A DNA stretch of 64,000 nt from an uncultured archaeon. GTDB taxonomy: Archaea > Thermoplasmatota > Thermoplasmata > Thermoplasmatales > Thermoplasmataceae. The stretch spans positions 1,952,001-2,016,000 of the forward strand of contig CP009479.1 of assembly GCA_000965745.1 (NCBI GenBank). The letters run 5' to 3'. Below the pieces are notes generated by a model. The model saw only the letters and a program-made list of their open reading frames with translations, searched no databases and was not told the origin of the DNA. Shown piece after piece: positions 28,703 to 38,766 of this stretch. The stretch's first letter is position 1; each line of letters begins with the position of its first letter. The translations under genes were made by a program, and so were the position numbers.

Positions 28703-29995
28703 ATGCAAGACATAGCCTCAGTACTCAGCAAGGATTCAGCGGGAAAAGAAGTGACAGTCAGGGGATGGGTCTACAGAGCGAGGAGCAGCGGAAAAATAGC
28801 CTTCATAGTGCTCCGGGACTCGAGCGGTGTGGTTCAGGCAGTTGCACACTCAGAGAATTTCACCCCGGAAGAATTCAACATCCTTTCGTCGTTGACCATT
28901 GAAAGCAGCATGGAACTCACAGGAACTGTCAGGGAAGACAGCCGGGCGATAACAGGGTATGAGGTTGGAGTTTCAGGTTTCAGGATATACCAGAGAAACG
29001 AGAGTTTTCCCATAACCAAGGACCAGAGCGAGGATTTCCTTCTGGACATCCGTCACCTCTGGGTGAGAAGCAGGGAATTCACAGCAGTAATGAAGATAAG
29101 GTCCACGCTTTTCAAGGCTTTCGCCGATTTCTATTACCAGAACGGATATTACCAGGTCCAGACACCCTTCATGGTTTCCACTGCGGCGGAGGGCGGTGCA
29201 ACCCTTTTCAAGGTTCCATTCTTCGGCGATGAAGTAAGCCTGACACAGAGCGCACAGTTCTATCTTGAAAGCCTTATTTTCAGCCTTGAGAAAGTTTTCA
29301 CAATTGGTCCAAGTTTCAGGGCTGAAAAATCCAGGACGAGGAGGCATCTCACCGAATACTGGCATGCGGAAATTGAGGCTGCATGGCTCGGCAACGATGA
29401 TCTCATGGAAGTGGAAGAAAGAATGATGGAATACATGGTCCAGGCGGTTGTCGAGAACAACAAAGAGGAACTGAAGCTTCTTGGGAGAGATGTCGAAAAA
29501 CTGAAAAAGATCAAGGCCCCTTTCGAGAGGATCAGGTATGGTGACCTGATGAAGAGGGCGAGGGAAGATTGGGGCCTGGATTTCGAATATGGCACAGACC
29601 TTGGGGCAGACGAGGAAAGGGCCCTGATGTCACATTTTGACAAGCCCGTGTTTGTAACGCACTATCCGGTCGAGCACAAATCTTTCTACCACAGGCCCGA
29701 TCCAGAGAACCCGAAAGAGGTCCTATGCCATGACCTCCTAGCACCTGAAGGGTACGGGGAAGTCATTGGGGGAGGAGAAAGGATATGGGAACTGGATGTC
29801 CTCGAGAAGAGAATAGAGGAAGCAAAGCTGAACAGGGATGACTATTACTGGTACATTGACCTGAGGAAATATGGAAGCGTTCCGCACTCAGGATTCGGGC
29901 TTGGCCTGGACAGGGTAGCGATGTGGGTCATGGGGCTTGAAAACATAAAGGACGCCATCCCTTTCCCCAGAACCATCAGGAGAACAAGGCCATGA
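28703..29995 (+). CDS. asnS: Asparagine--tRNA ligase
   Basis: OB fold (VRGWV...FIVLRD), [37 protein letters not shown]. Confidence 0.92.
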   Translation: MQDIASVLSKDSAGKEVTVRGWVYRARSSGKIAFIVLRDSSGVVQAVAHSENFTPEEFNILSSLTIESSMELTGTVREDSRAITGYEVGVSGFRIYQRNESFPITKDQSEDFLLDIRHLWVRSREFTAVMKIRSTLFKAFADFYYQNGYYQVQTPFMVSTAAEGGATLFKVPFFGDEVSLTQSAQFYLESLIFSLEKVFTIGPSFRAEKSRTRRHLTEYWHAEIEAAWLGNDDLMEVEERMMEYMVQAVVENNKEELKLLGRDVEKLKKIKAPFERIRYGDLMKRAREDWGLDFEYGTDLGADEERALMSHFDKPVFVTHYPVEHKSFYHRPDPENPKEVLCHDLLAPEGYGEVIGGGERIWELDVLEKRIEEAKLNRDDYYWYIDLRKYGSVPHSGFGLGLDRVAMWVMGLENIKDAIPFPRTIRRTRP

Positions 29996-30124
29996 ACATG
30001 GCATTCCTGAAGAACAATATATACGAATATGCAATCCGTTATTATGGTTGAGAATTGCTCTATGCAGACACAGGTAAGATCCCGTGCATTGCAGGCAATC
30101 ACAACCCAATTGGATGTGATGTGA

Positions 30125-31135
30125 ATTAATCCATTCCTGGCAGTTCTGAAAGGGGAGGAGCCTGAAAGGATCCCTGTATGGTTCATGAGACAGGCTGGGA
30201 GATACCTCCCGGAGTACCAGAAGATTAGAAGCGGGCGGTCAATTCAGGAAATGTGCTCAGATCCCAACCTGATAAATGAAGTAACACGGCAACCTGTCAA
30301 TTTGCTCGGCGTTGATGCCGCCATCATCTTCTCTGACATAATGGTGCCACTTGAGGCCATGGGATTTGATATAACATTCAGGGAAGGGATAGGGCCTGTT
30401 GTCAGCAATTCCATAAAGGAAAAGCCTGACATGGGCGGAATATCATCCTTTGACGAGAAGAACCTGAGGTACCCAATCAGGGAAAGCATCAGGAAGTTCA
30501 GGGAAAACAACCCCGGAATCCCGCTGATCGGGTTCACCGGCGGGCCAGTGACTCTTCTTTCATACGCCACGAAGGGTTCTGCAGACCGCGACCTCGAGAT
30601 CACAAAGAATGTTATGTATACAAGGCAGGACACCTACCACGAAGCCCTTGACATGATCTCTGAAATGGTGGTGGAATATGCCAGGCTTCAGGTATCCGCG
30701 GGTGTGGATGCAATACAGATATTCGACAGCTGGGCCGGGTCACTTTCGCCTTACATTTTCGAAAAATATGTGGAGAGAGCCCTTCAAGGAGTGATTGATG
30801 AGCTGAAGGGTTCAGGCATTCCGTTGATATATTTTGGAACCGGCCTCTCAGGCCTGATTGACCAGATAGCAAAGCTGAATTTTGATGTGCTAAGCATGGA
30901 CTGGAGGATGAGGCTGAGCAAGGTGAGGGCAGCTACCAGGGGAAAATTCATACTTCAGGGAAACCTCGATCCCAGGGTTGCTGCTACGCCCAACTACCTT
31001 CAGGAAACAAAGAATATTCTTGAGGACATTGGCGAGGACCCCGCGTACATATTCAATCTCGGGCACGGTGTAATCCCCATAACGCCTCCTGAAAACCTCC
31101 GTTCCATCGTCAATTATGTGCATGCATACAGGTGA
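30125..31135 (+). CDS. hemE: Uroporphyrinogen decarboxylase (start anomalous; see findings)
   Basis: IPVWFMRQAGRYLPEY, AAIIFSDI, QIFDSW, QGNLDP, IFNLGHG. Confidence 0.93.
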   Translation: MNPFLAVLKGEEPERIPVWFMRQAGRYLPEYQKIRSGRSIQEMCSDPNLINEVTRQPVNLLGVDAAIIFSDIMVPLEAMGFDITFREGIGPVVSNSIKEKPDMGGISSFDEKNLRYPIRESIRKFRENNPGIPLIGFTGGPVTLLSYATKGSADRDLEITKNVMYTRQDTYHEALDMISEMVVEYARLQVSAGVDAIQIFDSWAGSLSPYIFEKYVERALQGVIDELKGSGIPLIYFGTGLSGLIDQIAKLNFDVLSMDWRMRLSKVRAATRGKFILQGNLDPRVAATPNYLQETKNILEDIGEDPAYIFNLGHGVIPITPPENLRSIVNYVHAYR

Positions 31136-31139
31136 TCGA

Positions 31140-32045
31140 TTGAAGACTGCAGTTCTACTGATGGCATACGGCAGCCCTACAAGAATGGAAGACGTAATGG
31201 GGTATCTTGAAGGGATATACGAAGGCAAGCCGGTCCCTCAATACGCAATTGATGAGAACACAAAGAAATACAGGATGTTCGGAGGAAAGTCTCCCTCCAA
31301 CAGAATTGTGGAAAACGTTGCAGAAAAACTCTCGTCCTCGCTTAGTGCAGACGGCGATTTTAAGGTATTCCTGGGAAACAAGCACTGGAAGCCCACACTG
31401 GATGATGCTGTTTCGGCCATATCCGGTTTTTCCCCTGAAAATGTAATAGCAATACCGCTGTTCCCTTTCCCTTCAAAGAATGTGGTGAATTCGTACAGAA
31501 ACCCACTTAAGGAGTCATTGGAAGCCAGTGGCATGGATATTGGCCTGAAGGTGGTAAACGGATTCAATGAGCAGGAACTCTTCCTTAAGTCCTGGCTCGA
31601 TGTCCTGGAAGGATATGTCAGCGGATTCCCTGAAGATACCTTCTATCTGTTTTCTGCACACAGCCTCCCCACAACGAGGAGCCCTGAGGAGAATTACAGG
31701 CAGAGTTTTCTCCAGACTGCAGAAAAACTGGCATCCATGCTCGGGCTTAAACACTATGGCGCTGCATTCCAGAGCAGGGGCAAGTACGGTGCAAAATGGC
31801 TTGAACCCTCGGTGGAGGATGCCCTTGAATCGAACCTTGGCAGAATGGGAAAAAGCCTTGTGGCAATACCTCTCGGTTTCATATACGACCATCTTGAGAT
31901 TCTCTATGACCTGGATTACGAATTCAGGAACCTGGTTAAATCCAGGGGAAAGGAGTATCACAGAAGCAGCCTACCAAACGACAGCGACACATTTGTCTCT
32001 TGCCTGAAGGAGGCAGTGATGTCTGCAATATCAAGCAATAAATAA
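31140..32045 (+). CDS. hemH: Ferrochelatase (HemH/CpfC family)
   Basis: LLMAYGSP, FSAHSLP, AFQS...WLEP, GFIYDHLEILYDLD; TTG start after a GGTGA SD. Confidence 0.9.
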   Translation: MKTAVLLMAYGSPTRMEDVMGYLEGIYEGKPVPQYAIDENTKKYRMFGGKSPSNRIVENVAEKLSSSLSADGDFKVFLGNKHWKPTLDDAVSAISGFSPENVIAIPLFPFPSKNVVNSYRNPLKESLEASGMDIGLKVVNGFNEQELFLKSWLDVLEGYVSGFPEDTFYLFSAHSLPTTRSPEENYRQSFLQTAEKLASMLGLKHYGAAFQSRGKYGAKWLEPSVEDALESNLGRMGKSLVAIPLGFIYDHLEILYDLDYEFRNLVKSRGKEYHRSSLPNDSDTFVSCLKEAVMSAISSNK

Positions 32046-32065
32046 CTACGGTGAGATGAGGTCTC

Positions 32066-32971
32066 ATGGAATCACGCAACATCTTTGTTTACAATTCACC
32101 CGACTTTCTTCGCACAGTCTCAAAGAAAGGGACTGAAAGCGACATAACCATACACCACAGGAAGGATGGCGATACCATCACGACCCTCCTTGAACCTTCA
32201 AGGTACCCGGAGAAGCTCTCCTCACTCACTGATACTATTTACGTCGCCGATATTGCAATAATAAACGGTGACCAGATAAACAGGGAATTCGGGGAGGTTG
32301 TCCTGGCACTGGATCTCATGGGAAAGAGGAAGGGGTACATCCTGATAACAGATGAAGCCAAAAAGGAACAGCTCACGGTGTTGCTCAAAGGAACAGTGGC
32401 CGAAAATTATGAATTTTTCTCCGGGAACCCCATGGAGCTTATGGAAAAGATAAATTCCACATCGGTCGAAAGAAGGGAATCAGAAAGGACCGTTGTGATA
32501 ATTGACCATTTCTTCAAGGTGAAAAGTGTGGGTACAGTGGCGCTGGGTTTCGTCGTTGAGGGCACTCTGAAAAAGCACCAGAAGCTTTTCCTCTCGGATA
32601 GAGAAAAGGAGGCTCAGATTCGGTCCATACAGATGCATGATGAGGATCAGGAACTTGCCCCAGTCGGATCAAGAGTTGGGCTTGCCCTGAAGAACGTTGA
32701 CGCAGAGGAGCTTGAGCGTGGAATGTATCTGTCATCTGAAAAGCTTGCCATGTCCGATACGCTTACAATGCCGGAAGTGCATTCAATGGTCAGGAATGCC
32801 CCGAAAGATGACATGGAAGTTTTCGTGAGCGATGAGCTAAGATATCAGAGAGGCTTCATGAAGGAAGGAGCCATAAAACTGGAAAGGCCCATTCCTTCAT
32901 ACAAGGAGGGGGTAATAGTGGCAAATCCGAACCTCACTCCGAGGATAATAGGCATTTCAAGGTTCAGCTGA
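32066..32971 (+). CDS. Archaeal SelB-like / EF-Tu-like protein with a degenerate G domain
   Basis: KKGTESDIT, PSRYPEKL, and EF-Tu domain II IDHFFKVKSVGTVALG...IRSIQMHD...SRVGLALKNV; no GxxxxGKT motif. Confidence 0.8.
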   Translation: MESRNIFVYNSPDFLRTVSKKGTESDITIHHRKDGDTITTLLEPSRYPEKLSSLTDTIYVADIAIINGDQINREFGEVVLALDLMGKRKGYILITDEAKKEQLTVLLKGTVAENYEFFSGNPMELMEKINSTSVERRESERTVVIIDHFFKVKSVGTVALGFVVEGTLKKHQKLFLSDREKEAQIRSIQMHDEDQELAPVGSRVGLALKNVDAEELERGMYLSSEKLAMSDTLTMPEVHSMVRNAPKDDMEVFVSDELRYQRGFMKEGAIKLERPIPSYKEGVIVANPNLTPRIIGISRFS

Positions 32972-34259
32972 CATTTTCCTTCTTTCTGCGGAGCATTTCC
33001 TCAGTTCCTATGTCATGCCTCATGTAGTAGTTTCCCCTGATTCTCCAGAGGTTTTCCTCAACCCTTGCCGACGCTTCAGGTATGGTGTCTGCCAAGCCAA
33101 CAAGTGCAAGTGCACGCGAGGTGCTCATCTTCACGTTGTTCAATGTGCCGGAAACAGCTGCGTAGTAAACCCTGAAATCATCCGGCTCAGGATCCGTTGA
33201 AATCTCAAGGTCTCCGGGAGTGGGGTTTGAGCCGTAACCTTCCGGAACGACATACTTGAGGACTGATGCCTTTTCCCTGAATTTCATGCTGGCTCTCAAC
33301 TTCCCTTCAACAATTTCATTCATCAGCTCAACAAAATCGTCTTCAAGAAGAGTAAGGACACTGATCCCTTCAGGATCTGCAAACCGTGCATTTATCTCGA
33401 CAATTTTCGGGGAATCGCCAACCTGCATGAACTGGCCGTAAATTACACCCTTGAAAGGATTGCCTTCATCTTTCATGTGGAATACGATCCTTCTTATGAT
33501 CTCCAGGGCTTCTTCAGCCACAGTCTGCTTAATGAATGGAAGCCCGCCGTTTGAGTCTGAAATTGCCCCCATTCCGCCGGTGTTGGGCCCCTCGTCATTC
33601 TCGTACGCCCTCTTGAAGTCCTGGACTATGGGGAACGGAGCAATATTTGTTCCATCTGAAAGGACCTGCAGTGAGAATTCTTCACCCTGTATTCTCTCTT
33701 CAAGAATCACCGCGCCATCCTTTTCAATCACACTGGCAGCATAGGAAACAGCCTCCTCTTTGGTATGCAGCTGGACTCCCATGACTCGGACGCCCTTTCC
33801 ACCCGTCAGTCCTATTGGCTTAATCGCATATTCCTTGCCAGATTTTTCAAGAAGGCCCGCTATCTCACTTTGCTCTGTAATGACTTTGAACTCGATGTTT
33901 CCGGGGATGGAGTTCCTTTCCACAAACTTCCTCATGAACTCCTTCGACGTTTCTAGCCTTGCAGCCTCGTAGGATGGGGATGCAACCCTGATGCCTTCCT
34001 CTTCAAGCCTGTCAACCAGTTTGGTGTTTAACACCGGATCTGGTCCCACGAAGGCAAGGTCCACACCACTTTCAAGCGCGAATTTGAGGATCGAGTCAAC
34101 ATCGAGCTCATCATGGATGAACGCTTTCCGGCTCACTGAGAAAATAGAAGGGTTCCGGTTCTTCATGACTGAGTACAGTTCAGCTCCGGAGGAGAGGATC
34201 TTCCTGGCAATGGCGTCTTCCCTTCCTCCTCCACCAACAAGTAATACCTTATTCTTCAT
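32964..34259 (-). CDS. purD: Phosphoribosylamine--glycine ligase
   Basis: LVGGGGRE, VGPD, GLTGGKGV, QDFKR...GPNTGGMG, EINARFADPE. Confidence 0.93.
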   Translation of the reverse strand: MKNKVLLVGGGGREDAIARKILSSGAELYSVMKNRNPSIFSVSRKAFIHDELDVDSILKFALESGVDLAFVGPDPVLNTKLVDRLEEEGIRVASPSYEAARLETSKEFMRKFVERNSIPGNIEFKVITEQSEIAGLLEKSGKEYAIKPIGLTGGKGVRVMGVQLHTKEEAVSYAASVIEKDGAVILEERIQGEEFSLQVLSDGTNIAPFPIVQDFKRAYENDEGPNTGGMGAISDSNGGLPFIKQTVAEEALEIIRRIVFHMKDEGNPFKGVIYGQFMQVGDSPKIVEINARFADPEGISVLTLLEDDFVELMNEIVEGKLRASMKFREKASVLKYVVPEGYGSNPTPGDLEISTDPEPDDFRVYYAAVSGTLNNVKMSTSRALALVGLADTIPEASARVEENLWRIRGNYYMRHDIGTEEMLRRKKENVS

Positions 34260-34749
34260 TGTGATCATCGACGCTATTTTTGACAAGGGACTGTAATTTC
34301 CCCTTGCTGATATCGAAGTATTCATAAAATTTTTTAGTTACGTTGTACAACTCTGTATTGCGGAACTTGCGTGAATAGATCATCCCCTTCCTTTTAAGGC
34401 TCTCAACATACTCAGGGTATCTTGTGCCAACATTGATCTTAAGATCACCCTTCTTGGAATCTGGGTTCATGGCGACAAAACCGAGTGTCTGGAGTTCCTG
34501 CCCGGTAAATTCACGCTCCGAAACTGACCTGACATCCTGCACATATTCCTTCCTGAGCTGGAGTTTATAACGGAATCCGTTTCTGACGACCTCCAGGGCG
34601 GAGTTGTTTTTGTTATACTCCCGGTTCAGTTTTTTCAGGGCTTTTATGACATCATCCTTGTCCGCGGAAAGCATTATCGCCATGTCGGATATCGAAATCG
34701 GAGACTCTGTAGCATAGAGAAGTGCTTCAACCCTCGGTTTGATATCCAT
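34249..34749 (-). CDS. scpB: Segregation and condensation protein B
   Basis: VEALLYA...YKLQLRKEY...LQTL...YNVTKKFYEYF. Confidence 0.82.
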   Translation of the reverse strand: MDIKPRVEALLYATESPISISDMAIMLSADKDDVIKALKKLNREYNKNNSALEVVRNGFRYKLQLRKEYVQDVRSVSEREFTGQELQTLGFVAMNPDSKKGDLKINVGTRYPEYVESLKRKGMIYSRKFRNTELYNVTKKFYEYFDISKGKLQSLVKNSVDDHNEE

Positions 34750-35024
34750 TATTAGATTTATAGCTCTTAAATATTAAACTCTTTTGAATTTTTTAGAAAT
34801 GCTTAAGATTCCTTCTTGCGCTAAAGTGCACAGGTAACCATAAAAGCCGGATAAGGAAGAGCAAACCAACCCAACAGAACTGCGAGCCAGCCGGCATTTT
34901 CCGGCAGAGATTCTTCATGCATTACGGATAGGCGGAAGCCGGAAGAGCATCAGGACAGGATTTCAGGATTCTTATTGCCTTTGCCAGGACATAAGGTAAA
35001 ATATGGGGGAAATATCCCAATCAG

Positions 35025-36368
35025 ATGAGCGAACAAGTGTTCGGTTCCAGGAAGGAGGATGAATCTCAGCTTTACGGTGAAACCGAAATTCATGAGTCCG
35101 GGAGGACAGAAAAAGAGATCTCGACATTCTACCTCTGGTTTGCCTCCAATCTCACCATTGCAGATTTTGCATTGGGATTCCTGCCCATTGAGTTTGGAAT
35201 GAGCATAACAAGCAGCATTATTGCACTTGCCATAGGCAACATCGCAGGTGGAATACTTCTTGCTCTGATGAGCACCATGGGCCCCAAGGCAGGGTTCCCG
35301 CAGATGATTATCGGGATGAAGCCGATGGGCCGGCTCCCGGGAAGAATCATGTCGGTGCTTCAGTGGAGCAATACCGGAGGCTGGCTGACTGTTAATATAG
35401 TCATAGCTTCACTGGCACTTACCACAGCCTTTTCAGGGCTCAATTACATACTTTCCATTGCCCTTTCTGTTGTGGTAGTTGCAATAGCTGCCTTTCTGGG
35501 AGGAAAGGCGATTCACAGGTTTGAAAGAATTATGTCATTCGTCCTGGGCATTATGTTCGCCTTTGTAACAATATTCTCTCTCTCAAAGATGAACGTCCTC
35601 GCTTCATACAGCCCGTCACACGTACTGCCGGAGTATGCAGCCTTCGGAACAACAGTAGCGGTATCGTTCTCATACATCATGTCATGGAGCCCGTACGCTT
35701 CTGATTACTCGAGATACATATCCTCGAGGAAGTCCGGCAGGAAGGTATTTGCATACACCTTTATAGGCGGCGCTGTAGCCTCATTCTGGCTTGAGGCGGC
35801 CGGACTTCTGGTGGCCATAATCAGTGGAAGGCCTTCAGGCAATCCGGCCGGAGACCTCAACTCAATACTTGGCGGATTTGGGGTCATTGGAATGCTTGCC
35901 CTGTTTCTCGGCGGCCTTTCTGCCAACTCCCTTAACCTTTACTCCAATTCAGTGTCACTCAAGGCAGTAGGGGTCAAGATGAAGAGAACAACCCTGGTCG
36001 TCATCGTTTCCATTATAGTGATGGCCCTTGCAATAATAGGATACGTGACATTTTACGACTTTTATGAGACTTTCCTGCTCATACTGGATTACTGGATAAC
36101 CCCGTGGATTGGGGTTGTTGCTGCTGATTTCTTCATTGCCAACAGAGGGAAGAAGTTCAGTCTGTCCTCAATAGTTCCAGTGAACAGAACAGGTGTGGCA
36201 TCATACATTGTCGCAATACTGGTATCAGTTCCATTCATGAACCCTCCTGTGAACTTCATAGGCCCGATTGCACAGCTTCTGGGCGGTGTTGATATCAGTT
36301 ACTTCGTTTCCTTCGGAGTTGCAGTACTGCTCTACACCGGATTAAGCAAGAGGCATGAGAGCAATTAA
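35025..36368 (+). CDS. NCS1 purine/cytosine permease family transporter
   Basis: LWFASNL, GPKAGFPQM, SWSPYASDYSRY, NLYS. Confidence 0.9.
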   Translation: MSEQVFGSRKEDESQLYGETEIHESGRTEKEISTFYLWFASNLTIADFALGFLPIEFGMSITSSIIALAIGNIAGGILLALMSTMGPKAGFPQMIIGMKPMGRLPGRIMSVLQWSNTGGWLTVNIVIASLALTTAFSGLNYILSIALSVVVVAIAAFLGGKAIHRFERIMSFVLGIMFAFVTIFSLSKMNVLASYSPSHVLPEYAAFGTTVAVSFSYIMSWSPYASDYSRYISSRKSGRKVFAYTFIGGAVASFWLEAAGLLVAIISGRPSGNPAGDLNSILGGFGVIGMLALFLGGLSANSLNLYSNSVSLKAVGVKMKRTTLVVIVSIIVMALAIIGYVTFYDFYETFLLILDYWITPWIGVVAADFFIANRGKKFSLSSIVPVNRTGVASYIVAILVSVPFMNPPVNFIGPIAQLLGGVDISYFVSFGVAVLLYTGLSKRHESN

Positions 36369-36391
36369 TACAACCTGTTCGATCCACAGGC

Positions 36392-36862
36392 ATGGTGATC
36401 CTGCGGGACGGTGAAATAGAAGAGCTTGTGGCTAAAGGGCAGCTCATCTCATCCTCATACAGGAAGGAAAATCTTACCCCAAACGGTTATGATCTCACAA
36501 TAAACTCTGTAAGGGTGGATGGAGAAGAATCTGGCCGGGAAGAAGCGGCAGTGGGCCCCCACTCAGTTTTCTGGGTCTCAACATCTGAGACGATCAGCAT
36601 GCCGGAAAATATTGGTGGAAAAATATGGATCAGGTCCAGCTATGCCAGGAAGGGAATTTTTGGCTCGTTCGGGTTCGTGGATGCGGGGTTCAGGGGTACA
36701 CTGACACTGGCATTTTTCAACGGATCATCGAAGGAAGTAAATATATCAAGAGGGAACACAATCGCCCAGATTACTTTTCTGAGGATGGACGGAAATGCTG
36801 AACTTGCTTATGAAAAACGTTCAGGCAACTACCAGGGCCAGACCGATATAAAGCTAAAATAA
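36392..36862 (+). CDS. dcd: dCTP deaminase
   Basis: PNGYDL, RSSYARKG, VDAGFRGTLT, YQGQ. Confidence 0.88.
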   Translation: MVILRDGEIEELVAKGQLISSSYRKENLTPNGYDLTINSVRVDGEESGREEAAVGPHSVFWVSTSETISMPENIGGKIWIRSSYARKGIFGSFGFVDAGFRGTLTLAFFNGSSKEVNISRGNTIAQITFLRMDGNAELAYEKRSGNYQGQTDIKLK

Positions 36863-36881
36863 TGCTGTCTGATACCAATGA

Positions 36882-37310
36882 TTGAAAATGGGGATAAGAG
36901 ACGTCAAATTCAGCTGTGAACGCGAAAGCAAAGCTTCTCCCGAAAAGGTATGGAAAATTCTTTCATCATGGGAGAGAACTACGGAATTCTGGAAAGGGAC
37001 AGGGGAGATAACAAGGACAGGGGAGGATACTTTTCAGGTCAGGTTCGCCTTCCCGGGCACGGCAAAAATGAGAATACTTCTCGACAAGCCCGGGATGTCC
37101 GTGACAGAGAAGTATCTGAGCGGCCCGTTCAAGGGAACGAAGAGGACCACCATAACTACAGACAACGGATCCACAAGGATGAAAACTGAGTGGAACGTCG
37201 TTCTGTCACCGATGCTTATGTTCGGGAAATCATCCATACAGAAGCATTTTAACGAAGGAACAGAGAACGCGCTGAAAAGAATAGCAGACACATCGGAACA
37301 AACCCCCTGA
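36882..37310 (+). CDS. SRPBCC/START-like domain protein
   Basis: ASPEKVWKILS...FW and a C-terminal ALKRI helix. Confidence 0.75.
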   Translation: MKMGIRDVKFSCERESKASPEKVWKILSSWERTTEFWKGTGEITRTGEDTFQVRFAFPGTAKMRILLDKPGMSVTEKYLSGPFKGTKRTTITTDNGSTRMKTEWNVVLSPMLMFGKSSIQKHFNEGTENALKRIADTSEQTP

Positions 37311-37313
37311 AAA

Positions 37314-38246
37314 TTAACGGATAGGGAGGATCTCGTTTCTTTTTGGTACCTCGTACTCGAGAAGTTCCCTGCTGAGCTCGGAGTTTCCAAAAATTTTCAT
37401 GGATTCCTCGAGCATCACATTTAAGTCAGGCACCCGTGGGCTGTAGTGGAAAAGGAAAAATTTCCTCACTCCCGCATCCCTTGCTATCTCCGCGGCCTGC
37501 CTCGAGGAGGTATGGCCGAACTCATTAACTGTTGGTTCAAATGAAGAGTCCGTTGTGGTGTCGTGAATCAGGACGTCTGCGTCTTTTGCAAATTCCTTCA
37601 TGGATTCCATGGGCCTCGTATCACCGGTATAAACGATTTTCCTGCCCTTTCTTATGCCCTTTGCAACTTCCTGAATGGTAACAGTGCTTCCATTGAAGAC
37701 TATGGTGCCGTTCTGGCGAAGTTCCTCGAGCCTCGTAGATGGAATCTTGAGCCTGTCAGCGGCCTCCTTGTCTATCTTTATCAGATCCTTTTCCTCAACG
37801 GAATATGAAAGGGCAGGAACAGGATGGTCATTCCAGTGGGTCCTGACAACGAATTTGTCAAAATCGTAACTCTTGTCGGGGTAAAGCTGGTAGACTTTCA
37901 CATCAAAACCAAGAGTGTAGTACCCGACATTGAGTGCATTGGAGAGTATCCTTATGGCTCCGGGTGGGCCATAAATATTGAGCGGCTCAGTCCTGTTGTT
38001 GAAGGACATGCTCTGTATGAGTCCAAGGAGGCCAAGAAAATGGTCTCCGTGAAAGTGTGTTATGAAAACATTGTTTATTCTCATGAACGATAGCTTGCTC
38101 TTCATTATCTGCTTCTGTGTCCCTTCTCCGCAGTCAAAGAGGTTCATGATCTCGTCGATCTGTATTGCCAGTGAGGGCATCCCTCTTCTCGGAACCGGCC
38201 ACGATCCGCCTGTGCCAAGGAAAGTTATCTTGATGTTGGAGACCAT
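37314..38246 (-). CDS. rnz: Ribonuclease Z
   Basis: FLGTGG, FDCGEGTQ, THFHGDH, YTGDTRP, HYSPR. Confidence 0.93.
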   Translation of the reverse strand: MVSNIKITFLGTGGSWPVPRRGMPSLAIQIDEIMNLFDCGEGTQKQIMKSKLSFMRINNVFITHFHGDHFLGLLGLIQSMSFNNRTEPLNIYGPPGAIRILSNALNVGYYTLGFDVKVYQLYPDKSYDFDKFVVRTHWNDHPVPALSYSVEEKDLIKIDKEAADRLKIPSTRLEELRQNGTIVFNGSTVTIQEVAKGIRKGRKIVYTGDTRPMESMKEFAKDADVLIHDTTTDSSFEPTVNEFGHTSSRQAAEIARDAGVRKFFLFHYSPRVPDLNVMLEESMKIFGNSELSRELLEYEVPKRNEILPIR

Positions 38247-38293
38247 CGCTTTCAGTCTGGAATGTGTGACTGATATATTTTACTTGGGCAATA

Positions 38294-38746
38294 TCAGCTC
38301 TTCGAGCTTTGGACATCCCTGGTTCCAGGGGCTCCATAGTACCCGAAGTTGCGCTTTATCCTTTCAACTTCGGAGGGAAGCTCCTCGACAGTGGCAATTG
38401 GAGACCGCTTGCAGAGGTATTCCCAGAGGTAGGTGTCGGCCTTTACACCGGAACTGACAAGATAGTTCTGAATTTTTTTCTTAAGAGTTTTTCCCTTTCT
38501 GTCAAAATCAGTCAGAATTATTATCTCACTGTATTCTTCTGCCAGGTTTTCTGAAAAATTCAGGATGCTCGATCCTGAATTCACATGAACAATCTTGCCC
38601 GTGAAATCTATGCTCCTCAAGCAGGAGATGTCATTCCTCCCCTCAACAACGATAGGCACGGACTCATTCTTCATTCTGTACTGTTCAAGAATGGAAAAAA
38701 CTCTTGGTTCTGCCAGAGCCATTGTATTTGTCAACTCAATTACCAT
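38294..38746 (-). CDS. Stand-alone TOPRIM-domain protein
   Basis: IVVEGRND and ILTDFDRKG. Confidence 0.85.
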   Translation of the reverse strand: MVIELTNTMALAEPRVFSILEQYRMKNESVPIVVEGRNDISCLRSIDFTGKIVHVNSGSSILNFSENLAEEYSEIIILTDFDRKGKTLKKKIQNYLVSSGVKADTYLWEYLCKRSPIATVEELPSEVERIKRNFGYYGAPGTRDVQSSKS

Positions 38747-38766
38747 AGATAAATGTTCTCATTCTT

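Noticed and set aside
34790-35024. TPP riboswitch upstream of the NCS1 permease (such riboswitches are known in Thermoplasmatales)
   Set aside because: The conserved GCTGAGA and CCTGA...TAATACC...GGGA elements are absent; there are only short CCGG hairpins.
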